A stretch of DNA of 63,337 bases, the filler included, from Octopus bimaculoides (Eukaryota), in the NCBI RefSeq assembly GCF_001194135.2. It is 5 parts of 3 records of this genome, joined end to end, with 100 filler letters (N's around TTAATTAATTAA, not from the genome) between each part and the next. Parts side by side here need not be neighbours in the genome. Positions count along the whole stretch, not along the records: positions 35,965 to 61,091 come from NC_068982.1; 4 more parts are not named here. The stretch is one strand, 5' to 3'. The translations under genes were made by a program, and so were the position numbers. The first letter of the stretch is position 1; each line of letters opens with the position of its first letter. The notes under the pieces are model-generated. The model saw only the letters and a program-made list of their open reading frames with translations. It made no database searches and was not told the origin of the DNA. This document shows positions 40,832 through 53,218 of this stretch, piece by piece.

Positions 40832-41120
40832 TATAAAAAATAAATAAAACAAATATATATCCTACAATTTGTTTCGATTCATATCCGTTAGTGAATTTAT
40901 GTATATGGATCTCATCAGGTAATATTTGTCTAAAAAAATAGACAAAAATTTCATGCAAGGACTGTTAAATCATAAAATAGATTATTTTATGAAATTGCAT
41001 GAAATTTTTGTCCATTTTTTAGACAAATATTACCTGATGAGATCCATATACATAAATTCACTAACGGATATGAATCGAAACAAATTGTAGGATATATATT
41101 TGTTTTATATATTTTTTATA
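40832..41120. repeat. near-perfect ~127-bp inverted repeat with a 36-bp spacer
   Basis: Arms 40832-40958 and 40995-41120 differ at about 3 positions; the spacer contains its own tcataaaata/tattttatga hairpin. Confidence 0.95.
41027..41096 (+). ncRNA. type I hammerhead ribozyme, family 3, intact core (mirror copy on the minus strand at about 40855-40926)
   Basis: ctgatga at 41034-41040, helix II gatccata/tatgaatc, gaaa at 41077-41080, helix III aca-aat-tgt and a GUA triplet. Helix I is weak (atattac/ggatat with a bulge). Confidence 0.6.
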
Positions 41121-41754
41121 TTATATCATATTATATTATATGTTTTCATAGTATAATTATATTATATTATAATGTTGATAAATTTATAATATGTCAATTG
41201 TATTTCTCTATTTCTTTTAATATTTATTTTTTGAAATAATACCATTTTAAGTTCTGATTTTTTTCTCTACTTCTCTACTATATTGTGGTATTTAACTGAA
41301 GAACCAGAGAAAATTGCATGTTTTCCATCCCTTTGAAAGAAATTGTCTCTTCTTTGGATTGTATAATTATATATATATACAATTTTATCAGAGATAGAGG
41401 ATGAAAGAATTCCATGTTGCCACTATTGCAGATTTTTTTCTGCTGCAATAGTGGCAACATAGAATTCTTTCATCCTCTAGCTCTGATAAAATATTTGAGA
41501 AATATTATATTAATATATCTTGTCTGTTGAAAGTCCATATTTATTGCAACTGAAGATGGCACAATATTTAAATTGATTTAATGCTTGCATTGTTAGGTTA
41601 AATGGACCCACCTGAAATAGTCGTATTGCATTAATACCTGACATCCTGTTACTTATTTAATTTTATTTACCTTACTTCAAGCTATGCAGATAATACCAGA
41701 CTGACTTGGTACCTCAACTTAAGTATCCAATTCAACTGAATCTTAATTATTTCT

Positions 41755-41851
<97 letters not shown>

Positions 41852-44619
41852 TATTTATTAAAGATTTATTTGTTCTTTTAAATATTATACACTGAGAAAC
41901 TATATAAATTCATTTGTTAAGATTAATTAAATATACCTTCTATAAAAAAAATTCTGGGAAAAGTTTTAAATTTCATTAACTAAATCAATTACCAAATTCA
42001 TATGGTTTTTTTTTTTTTCCATCTAAATAAGAATGGAGTTTCCGATTTACCTAGAGATTGAAATCAAAGAATGCAATCTTGGCAAAAACTAAGAATCTAA
42101 AGAAGTGACAGTAACTTGGAAATCAGGAGTAGAAATACAATTATTGTCAAGTCCATCATATAATAAATAACTAGGCTCTTTTCAATGTTTAAAAATTATT
42201 TGTAAACATTCAATATTCAAACATCATGTGTATTAAGATAATTACATTAAAAGAACAAGGTAGGTTTGTTTTTTAATATAAACAAAGATTGCATTGCAGG
42301 TTGTAAAAGACAGTTTTCTACAATTACAAGCAATAATAAATATAAGAAAATAATTTTCATTTTAATTAAAAAAACAAACAAGTAACAATACAGTATACAT
42401 TAATTAATACATATGACAATTCTGTTGACCAAGATAAACGATTATACATAAATCAATTGTTCTATATAGCAACTACATGTGCAGATACAACAAAACATTA
42501 GCACCTGACATTTTTAACAAATTTACAGTTTCACTAATGAAGCTGTTAAATCTATATTGCAGAGCAAAATACAATTAACATTTTTTTTAAATATTCTATT
42601 CCATTATTTTACTTTCCCTTTTTATCTTTCCAATAACTCAAAACTTTCAATGGCAAATGAAAATTATAACAAATAACCAGAATCATCAATATAATAAGTA
42701 ACCCCAAAATTGATGACAGATATACTATCATCATAGCTTGTGATTTCAAAGTTTTAATGGTGAAGCTTATGTATTGAAAGGACTAGGAAAAAATGGATAG
42801 CAAAAGGAGGTATCAGAAATCTAGGTCAGAAATCAGATGTCAATTTTATTTAACCAGCAAGAATCTGAGAGTAGAATAATTCTCAGTGAGAAAAAGAGCT
42901 GTTCACTATTCTTAATTGCAAGACAATATTATTATATGAACTTGATTGGTATTAGAAGTATGTTGAGAACAACAGTCTTGCAATTTTCCAATTTTGGGAG
43001 TAGAAATGTCGCCTTAAAAGTATCATTACAAAAAGTTGCTAGATAAGGTAGTCCAGGAAGCTGTTAGGTATAATGACTAGCAAGACCTTTAAAAAGTGAT
43101 ACAAAAACTAAAGGGATGTATTGCATAACTGGGGGTATGAACTTGTGGATTTACAATATATTGCAGTTAATGCAAGATATGATTAGCTTAGAAAACTTGT
43201 AATTTTGGTTTGAAGGCGGAAATGATCAGAAAATAATATGAGTAGCTTTTGAAAGAAAACAAACATTTCACTATGGATTTGTAAACTTGGGACCCAGCTT
43301 TAACAACCTCCCATGCTTTAATTACTTGCATGGACAGATGTGTATCAGTAGATCAATAATCTGTGAGAGAAAAATAAAACCATGTACAAAGTTCTTGAAA
43401 TCAATGTTGAGATCATCAGCAAGTTCGGTGAAGAATTCTGTGTGAAGATATTTACTTGATCTCTATCCAGGACCTCTTAGTATAATTCTTTGTAGTTAGT
43501 TGTAATTACTAAAATAATAATGATACTTTTCCCATTTGAATATCATTGCAAATTTTTATCAGAAACAATTTGGCTGTCATCCTATAATCTTTTAAGAAAG
43601 TGGAACTAGCTACAGTTCAAAATATTGTGATAATCATAATGGCAAAAATACTAACAAGTAACTAAGAACAGAAAATTCCTGGACAACAAAGAAAGTAGTT
43701 TTGCTCAATTTGTAAGATAAGTGTAAATTAAAACTGAATTCTATGTTCTACCAAAAGGAATGACCAGACAAAAGGGATGGAGAAATCTCGAGAAAACTAA
43801 CAAGTTGGGTGTGCAAAACATCACAAAAATAAAACGAAATTCAACAAAATTTTCTAAAATAAACACTATATGAAACCTTTCACAAGAAATATAGCACAAG
43901 TTTAAATTTCAGAAATTAGATTTTACAATAGTAATTTGTCTCATACATTATTTGTCATTATTTCTATCTATGTTTATCTTTATAAGTTTCTCTGATTTTG
44001 CCTTCAAAATACAATAGTTAATTTTAAAACTAGATTGAGAAAATATATTTTTCTAAAGTCTATTCTGAGTAAAAGGAATACTAAGAAAACATCTGTTTAT
44101 AAGGACTCTTTGATAATAAGAAATAATAGGACTTTTACTTCACCTTTTTGAGTTATCTTTTTACACATACTGTTGTATATTCATACACACACACACATTT
44201 AATTATGAATCACAACTTTACATAAACTATATAGAAAAAAAGTTAAAAAACTGGTGAAATATTTCCTCTTATAATCCCCATATTAAAAAGACAAAAGCTA
44301 TATTGTGTGTGAATTAATACAAGCTTCCATACTGCAAGTGTATAATTTTACATTTATGCAAAAATTGCAATTATTGTAGCCATGTTTTCATGCAAGTGAA
44401 ACCTTACACACTAACATGAAATAAAATATGATGCACAAATATTAGACCTATAAACAATCATATATGATAAAGAATTAGTTAGAAGTTACCAGTATTGATG
44501 AATGTATTCAATACTAAATATCTTCAAATATATTCTAAGAGGAAAAAAGCAGATTTAGAATATTTACATCGTAATAAAGTACAGAGATTTTTACAAAAAA
44601 AAAGTGAGAGATGATGATG

Positions 44620-44760
44620 GAAGAAGAAGAAGAAGAAGAAGAAGAAGAAGAAGAAAAGAAGAAGAAGAAGAAGAAGAAGAAGAAGAAGAAGAAGAAGAAG
44701 AAGAAGAAGAAGAAGAAGAAGAAGAAGAAGAAGAAGAAGAAAAGGAGGAGGAGGAGGAGT
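44620..44760. repeat. (GAA)n/(GAG)n microsatellite
   Basis: Long AAG run; it accounts for the poly-E, poly-S and poly-L pseudo-ORFs. Confidence 0.97.
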
Positions 44761-45356
44761 TAATGAAAGAAAAAAATGAAAATGGCAGAAAGGGAAATGA
44801 CACAAAAAAGAAAGGTTGCAAAAATCAGTTTCAATACAAAAAGAAAACTTAGAGAAAGCATAGTAGAAAGGGGGAGAGACATGAAGAGAACAGAAAGAGA
44901 AAATGTATGATAAAAAATGAAGGCATTGAGAGGAGGGAGAGATACAAAGGACAAAGAGAGAAAGAAAGAAGAGACAGACAGAGAATGGAGAGAGAGCATG
45001 ATGGCGAAGAGTATCCAATCTTATATGACATAATATCATTTTAAATATGAAGGCAAAGCAACATGCATGACAATATAATATTAAGAAAGCATCTTCTGTT
45101 TAATAAAAACAGTGTTATACTCCTTAATTATCAGAAATTACAGAGACCTGACAAAACTATTGACAAATTATTGAGCTGAAAGAGACATAAAAACAAATAC
45201 ACTGGTTAAGTACATAAAAAGACATCTTAATACAAAACTGAAGCATGCTACCAAGGCATTGGTAAGCTACATATATATATATGCTTCTGTATAGTCAAGC
45301 AGTAGCAGCAAGTGTAGAAGCATAAGTGAAATCCTGGATAATACTCCACAAAATAC

Positions 45357-48300
45357 CTATGTCTTCAACAACTTCTTTCAACGAGTGAAGGATTTCAGGA
45401 CCAGGAAGGTTTTTTATATCTCCACTAGAAATATCTGGTACATGTGCAATTCTGGGAAATTCAAATGGCATTTCTTCTTTGACTTGGGATATAATAACTT
45501 CTTCAGAAGCTTTCTCATCAATATCCTCTTCAGGCAGCAAATATTCCACTTCTGGAACTTTTTCTTTCCTTTCAGAGGATGGTGTAGGTGCAATATAAGT
45601 AATTTCCGAATCCATAACCTTCATCGCCAACAAGGGAGAGGTTTCAGTTTCATTGCCAACTTCACCCACACTATCACTTTCATCTACAGCAAGAGCTTCT
45701 TCGGTAGGAGATAATTTAGTAGAACTCAAAGGAATTTGTATAAGAGCAGATTCCGCTGATTTTGGAGTTATGGAATCTTGTAATGGCATTTCCAGTGCTT
45801 GTACTGTAGTTTCTTTCTCCGATTCTTCACCTGTTGTATATGTCTCTTCAGTCTTTATAACCATTGGTACCTGATCTTCAGATGTGACTTTCTTAGAGTC
45901 AATTGATACTAACATTTCAACAGGAATATCACTAATTTTATCTGGAGAAATCTCAGTCTTCCGTTCCTCAGTGCTTGTTGTTATAATTGAGGTAACTTCA
46001 GCAGTTTCAACTTTCTCTGATGTAACTGACTCAGATATATCTATAGGTTGAATTTCAGAAACAGGTTTCACTTCTTCTTCTGGTTGTTTCTCCTTCATTA
46101 CAGCAGTAGAAATTGTTGTAATATCAGAAGTTTGTGGTTTCATCTCTTTAACTTTTACTTCTTTAGTTTCAATCTCAATTGTACTTTCTGGCAAGAAATC
46201 AGTTGTAGCAATTTCTGGAATAACTTCAGTTTCTTCATTGCTAATAATAATTTCCTTCTTATCAACAGTGATTGGTTCTGTTTCGATAGAGATAACCCTG
46301 GCTACTTCACGTGCAAACTGCATCTCAATTTCACTTACTGGTTTCTCAGGTTTACCAATATTAATAGATAAAACATCTATTTTCTCAACAGGTTTATCAG
46401 AAATCTCAAGTTGCATAGCCACTTCCTCTTTACTTTCAGGTTTAAGATCAACCTCTGTCTTTTCAATTTCAGTGACTACTTTTTCTGGTTTACCAATTTC
46501 AATTGCAGTAACCTCTGTTTTCTCAACAGCTTTATCAGAAATCTCAAGCTGGATAGCGACTTCCTCTTTAGTTTCACGTTTAATATCAACCTCTGTCTTT
46601 TCAATTTCAGTCACTACTTTTTCTGGTTTACTAATTTCAATTGTAGTAACCTCTGTTTTCTCCACAGGTTTATCAGAAATCTCAAGTTCGATAGCGACTT
46701 CCTCTTTAGTTTCATGTTTAATATCAACCTCTATTTTTTCAATTTCAGTCACTACTACTTCTGGTTTACCAGTTTCAATTGTAGTAACCTCTGTTTTCTC
46801 CACAGTTTTATCAGAAATCTCAAGTTCAATAGCGACTCCCTCTTTAGTTTCAGGAATAATATCAACCTCTGTCTTTTCAATTTCGGTGACTACTTTTTCT
46901 GGTTTACCAACTTCAATTGTAGTAACCTCTGTTATCTCAACAGGTTTATCAGAAATCTCAAGTTCAATAGCCACTTCCACTTTAGTTTCCGGTTTAATAT
47001 CAACTTCTGTCTTTTCGATTTCAGTGACTACTTTTTCTGGTTTACCAATTTCAATTGTAGTAACCTCAGTTTTCTCAACAGGTTTATCAGAAATCTCAAG
47101 TTGGATAGCGACTTCCTCTTTTGTTTCAGGTTTGATATCTACCTCTGTCTTTTCAATTTCAGTAAACACTTCTTCTGGTTTACCAATTTCAATTGTAGTA
47201 ACCTCTGTTTTCTCAACAGGTTNNNNNNNNNNNNNNNNNNNNNNNNNNNNNNNNNNNNNNNNNNNNNNNNNNNNNNNNNNNNNNNNNNNNNNNNNNNNNN
47301 NNNNNNNNNNNNNNNNNNNNNNTAGTAACCTCTGTTTTCTCCACAGGTTTATCAGAAATCTCAAGTTCGATATTGATTTCCTCTTTAGTTTCAGGTTTAA
47401 TATCCACCTCTGTCTTTTCAATTTCAGTGACTATTTTTTCTGATTTACCAACTTCAATGGTAGTAACCTCTGTTTTCTCAACAGGTTTATCAGAAATTTC
47501 AAGCTCGATAGCAACTTCCTCTTTAGTTTCAGGTTTAATATCAACCTCTATCTTTTCAATTTCAGTGACTACTTTTTCTGGTTTACCAATTTCAATTGTA
47601 GTAACCTCTGTTTTCTCCACAGTTTTATCAGAAATCTCAAGTTGGATGGCGACTTCCTCTTTAGTTTGATGTTTAATATCAACCTCTGTCTTTTCAATTT
47701 CAGTGACTACTGTTTCTGGTTTACCAATTTCAATTGTAGTAACCTCTGTTTTCTCAACAGGTTTATCAGAAATCTCAAGTTCGATAGCGACTTCCTCTTT
47801 AGTTTCAGGTTTAATATCAACCTCTGTCTTTTCAATTTCAGTCACTACTTTTTCTGGTTTACCAACTTCAATTGTAGTAACCTCTGTTTTCTCAACAGGT
47901 TTATCAGAAATCTCAAGTTCGATATCGATTTCCTCTTTAGTTTCAGGTTTAATATCAACCGCTGTCGTTTCAATTTCAGTGTGTACTTTTTCTGGCTTAC
48001 CAATTTCAATTGTAGTAACCTCTGTTTTCTCCACAGGTTTATCAGAGATCTGTATTTGGATAGCGACTTTCTCTTTAGTTTGAGGTATAATATCAACCTC
48101 TGTCTTTTCAATTTCAGTCACTACTTTTTCTGGTTTACCAATTTCAATTGAAGTAAGCTCTGTTTTATCCACAGGTTTATCAGAAATCTCAAGTTCGATA
48201 GCGACTTCTTCTTTAGTTTCAGGTATAATATCATCCTCTGTCTTTTCAATTTCAGTGTGTACTTTTTCTGGCTTACCAATTTCAATTGTAGTAACCTCTG

Positions 48301-51102
48301 TTTTCTCCACAGTTTTATCAGAAATCTGTAGTTGGAGAGCGACTTCCTCTTTAGTTTCAGGTTTAATATCAACCGCTGTCGTTTCAATTTCAGTGTGTAC
48401 TTTTTCTGGTTTACCAATTTCAATTGAAGTAAGCTCTGTTTTCTCCACANNNNNNNNNNTTTCTGGTTTACCAATTTCAATTGAAGTAAGCTCTGTTTTC
48501 TCCACAGGTTTATCAGAAATCTCAAGTTCGATAGCGACTTCCTCTTTAGTTTCAGGTTTAATATCCACCTTTGTCTTTTCAATTTCAGTGACTACTACTT
48601 CTGGTTTACCAATTTCAATTGTAGTAACCTCTGTTTTCTCCACAGTTTTATCAGAAATCTCAAGTTGGATAAAGACTTCCTCTTTAGTTTCAGGTTTAAT
48701 ATCAACCTCTGTCTTTTCAATTTCAGTGACTACTTTTTCTGGTTTACCAATTTCAATTGTAGTAACATCTGTTTTCTCCACAGGTTTATCAGAAATCTCA
48801 AGTTCGATAGTGACTTCCTCTTTAGTTTCAGCTTTAATATCAACCTCTGTCTTTTCAATTTCAGTCTCTACTACTTCTGGTTTACCAATTTCAATTGTAG
48901 TAACCTCTGTTTTCTCCACAATTTTATCAGAAATCTCAAGTTCGATAGCGACTTCCTTTTTAGTTTGAGGTTTAATATCAACCTCTGTCTTTTCAATTTC
49001 AGTGACTACTGTTTCTGGTTTACCAATTTCAATTGTAGTAACCTCTGTTTTCTCAATAGGTTTATCAGAAATCTCAAGTTCGATAGCGACTTCCTCTTTA
49101 GCTTCAGGTTTAATATCAACCTCTGTCTTTTCAATTTCAGTCACTACTGTTTCTGGTTTACCAATTTCAATGGTTGTAACTTCTGTTTTCACAACAGGTT
49201 TAGCACCAATGTCAAGCTGGATAGACATTTCCTCTTTAGTTTCTGGTTTAATTTCAACCTCTGTCTTTTCAATTTTAGTTACCACTTTTTCTGGTTTACC
49301 AATATCAATGGATATAACTTCTGTTTTCTCAACAGGTTTACCACCAATATCAAGTTGGATAGAGACTTCTTCTTTAGTTTCTGGTTTAATATCAACCTCT
49401 GTCTTTTCAATTTCAGTGACTACTTTTTCTGGTTTACCAACATCAACGGATATAACTTCTGTTTTCTCAACAGGTTTAGCACCAATGTCAAGTTGGATAG
49501 ACATTTCCTCTTTAGTTTCTGGTTTAATATCAACTTCGGTCTTCTCAACAGGTTCCTTTGAAACTACTTCTTCATGTACAATTTCAGAAGGAATTGTCTC
49601 TTGAACTGTAATCTTTTGCAGATCAGTGCTAACAACAGCTGCAGACATAGATATCTCCACATGTTCTTTCTCTATATCAGTTATATGTTCAATAGTGTCA
49701 ACTAACACATCTTCTGTTGTGCGAATCTTATCACATACACTAACTGATGTATCTTTTTCCTCATCAGAAACCTCTTTAGGTTCCACTTTCTTTTCTTCAG
49801 TTGATGGAATATCAAAGAATTGTTCTTCAGAAAGTTCTTCTTCAGCTGTACTCACAACACTTACTGATGGAGCACTTATAATGGTCATTTCAGAGATACC
49901 TTTCACTTCTTTACTCACAGGATTCATTTCACTTTCCTTGCTGATTTCAACAACTTTATCAGTTACATCTTCAACAGGAGCTTCTTCAATAGCAGATGCT
50001 TTTGTAGAACTCACAGAAATTTGAATACCAGTTTCTTCCACTGGTTTTACAGTTACTATGTCTTGTAATGGCATTTCCAATGTCTGCACTGTTATTTCTT
50101 TCTGCACCTCTTCTTCACCTGTTGTATATGTCTGTTCAGTCTTTATCACCATTGGTACCTGATCTTCAGGCGTGACTTTCTTTGAGTCAATTGATACTAC
50201 CATTTCCACAGGAATATCACTAATTTTCTCTGGAGAAATCTCAGTCTTCCGTTCCTCAGTGCTTGTAGTTATAATTGAGGTAACTTTAGCAGTTTCAACT
50301 TTCTCTGGTATTACCGTCTCAGATACATATGTAAGTTGAATTTCAGAAACAGGTTTCACGTCTTCTTCTGGTTGTTTCTCCTTCATTACAGCAGTCGAAA
50401 TTGCTGTAATATCAGTAATTTGTGGTTTCTTCTCTTTAATTTCCATTTCTTTAGCATCAATCTGAATTGTACCTTCTGGCACAATATCAAATGCAGAAAT
50501 TTCCGCAATAACCTCAGTTTCTTCTTTGCTAATGATAATTTCCTTCTTATCGGTAGTTATCTGTTCTTTTTCTATAGAAATAACCTCGAGTACTTGAGGT
50601 GCCACTTGCATTTCAATTTCACTGACTGGTTTCTCAGGTTTACCAATATCAAAAGATATAACTGCTATTTTCTCAACAGGTTTAGCACCAGTATCAAGTT
50701 GGATAGATACTTCTTGGTTACTTTCGGGTTTAATGCAATATTCTTTTGAATCTTTAATTTCAATTTGTATAGTTTTATCACTTATACTCTCAATTTTTGT
50801 TGGTCCTATTGTTATTTGTTCCCTTTGTGAAATAGAAACATCATCTGATTTTCGTATTTCTTTTTCAAAATCTTTTGCCTCTACAGTATGTTCCACTATA
50901 TTCATGTCATATGTACCTGGTTCTGCTACAAATGAAGCTCTTTGTACAGTGATATCCATTTCAATGCCTATAGTTGTTTGTAATGTGGGTGAATCATCTT
51001 TTACTTCCTTAGTTTCCTCTAAAACCTTCTCAGATATTTCTTTAATATTTTCTTCACTGTATTCTTCTGTTTCTTTTATTTCTGTAGGAACTGGCAAATC
51101 AC
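45357..51102 (-). CDS. giant (~5.7 kb) repetitive exon B, including about 22 copies of a 46-aa repeat
   Basis: ORFs of 1294 and 708 aa are broken only by N gaps. Acceptor ttgatttatattag|GT GAT TTG CCA at 51102; donor GAA GAC ATA G|gtattt at 45357; 138-bp periodicity. Confidence 0.85.
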
Positions 51103-52247
51103 CTAATATAAATCAAACAATTTTAAAAAATACTTTCTCATATAAAAGGAATACATTTTGTTTTGTCTCCATGTTTATATGTCTCCTTGATCAATGAAAA
51201 AAATACTTATAATATCATCTTATATATATATATATATATATATATATNNNNNNNNNNNNNNNNNNNNNNNNNNNNNNNNNNNNNNNNNNNNNNNNNNNNN
51301 NNNNNNNNNNNNNNNNNNNNNNNNNNNNNNNNNNNNNNNNNNNNNNNNNNNNNNNNNNNNNNNNNNNNNNNNNNNNNNNNNNNNNNNNNNNNNNNNNNNN
51401 NNNNNNNNNNNNNNNNNNNNNNNNNNNNNNNNNNNNNNNNNNNNNNNNNNNNNNNNNNNNNNNNNNNNNNNNNNNNNNNNNNNNNNNNNNNNNNNNNNNN
51501 NNNNNNNNNNNNNNNNNNNNNNNNNNNNNNNNNNNNNNNNNNNNNNNNNNNNNNNNNNNNNNNNNNNNNNNNNNNNNNNNNNNNNNNNNNNNNNNNNNNN
51601 NNNNNNNNNNNNNNNNNNNNNNNNNNNNNNNNNNNNNNNNNNNNNNNNNNNNNNNNNNNNNNNNNNNNNNNNNNNNNNNNNNNNNNNNNNNNNNNNNNNN
51701 NNNNNNNNNNNNNNNNNNNNNNNNNNNNNNNNNNNNNNNNNNNNNNNNNNNNNNNNNNNNNNNNNNNNNNNNNNNNNNNNNNNNNNNNNNNNNNNNNNNN
51801 NNNNNNNNNNNNNNNNNNNNNNNNNNNNNNNNNNNNNNNNNNNNNNNNNNNNNNNNNNNNNNNNNNNNNNNNNNNNNNNNNNNNNNNNNNNNNNNNNNNN
51901 NNNNNNNNNNNNNNNNNNNNNNNNNNNNNNNNNNNNNNNNNNNNNNNNNNNNNNNNNNNNNNNNNNNNNNNNNNNNNNNNNNNNNNNNNNNNNNNNNNNN
52001 NNNNNNNNNNNNNNNNNNNNNNNNNNNNNNNNNNNNNNNNNNNNNNNNNNNNNNNNNNNNNNNNNNNNNNNNNNNNNNNNNNNNNNNNNNNNNNNNNNNN
52101 NNNNNNNNNNNNNNNNNNNNNNNNNNNNNNNNNNNNNNNNNNNNNNNNNNNNNNNNNNNNNNNNNNNNNNNNNNNNNNNNNNNNNNNNNNNNNNNNNNNN
52201 NNNNNNNNNNNNNNNNNNNNNNNNNNNNNNNNNNNNNNNNNNNNNNN

Positions 52248-52288
<41 letters not shown>

Positions 52289-52299
52289 TATACACATAT

Positions 52300-52625
52300 A
52301 TATGACAGTTGCATCCTCGTTACATGAGAAAAACTAATACCTCGTTCAGAGATTTAACATTTATTGCCAAGAAGATTTACTGAAATGATTCATGATTGTT
52401 GCCATGTGATGCCTTTATATGACTTTTAAGCCCAGCCAAGCTCTTACAAATCTTATTACATACTAGACAACTGTGCTGGCTGGCAGGAGAAACAGGTGCC
52501 ACCATATGCACTTTCTTAACATGTCTTTTTAGACCTCCAACTGAGAGGCACACCCTTCCACATTTTACATATTTTCTGTTATGAATTTTAATAGCCACAT
52601 CATTGTTTATCATGGGTCGATTTCT
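52300..52625 (-). mobile_element. probable RTE-type LINE 3' end with two C2H2-like knuckles
   Basis: CGRVCLSVGGLKRHVKKVH and CLVCNKICKSLAGLKSHIKASH without TGEKP linkers, then a short UTR ending at a (TA)n run. Confidence 0.5.
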
Positions 52626-52930
52626 ATGAGAATATTTAAAGCATTACTTAGAAAAAAAAAACAAACAAACAAAATGTTTTTTAAATTTCAGAAATATTAT
52701 TGTTGAATTTCTTCTGAGGAAAAAAAAAATGAAACAAATCAAACTATCAACAGTAAAATGCAATGTGATTGTCTATCTGAAAATAAGACAGGTTGAATTT
52801 AAATGAGGATAAAATAAAAATATGAACATAAAAAGTAATCATAAATCAAGAATGCTTTAGTTTTCTACCAAACCTGCTTATAATAAATAAAATCTTAATT
52901 CTTGAAAATAGAAATTATGAGTTTACATAC

Positions 52931-53218
52931 CTGAGATGCAGAAAATTAAATCATAACTTTGGTAAACATTTTAATTAGACTTTAAGATATACTTTCCCTG
53001 TTGAATATTTCTCACTTTTTCCCACATATCTACATATTTTGAGTACAGATACATCATCATCATCGTTTAACGTCCGCTTTCCATGCTAGCATGGGTTGGA
53101 CATTTTGAGTACAGATACCATAATGGGAATATGTAACAATACTGTAGTATAACTATTTTAAGTAGATTCAATTTGGTATTTGATAAAAGATGTTCCATAA
53201 AAGAAGTTGATATCTTAC
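52931..53218 (-). promoter_or_regulatory. paralogous candidate recursive splice site (tttatttcag|gtaag at 53219/53218) with a downstream 5' splice site (ctcag|gtatgt at 52931/52930)
   Basis: Same architecture as 40141-40390. Confidence 0.55.
53053..53101 (-). mobile_element. 49-bp 5'-truncated family E retro-insertion with 17-bp target-site duplication
   Basis: attttgagtacagatac at 53036-53052 and 53102-53118. Confidence 0.9.

Noticed and set aside
46400-49530. CRISPR-like regular array
   Set aside because: It is a contiguous in-frame coding tandem repeat with no unique spacers, in eukaryotic DNA.
52377-52613. Possible C2H2 zinc-finger gene exon
   Set aside because: It has no canonical linkers or clear splice sites, and its position before a short UTR and (TA)n fits a LINE C-terminus.
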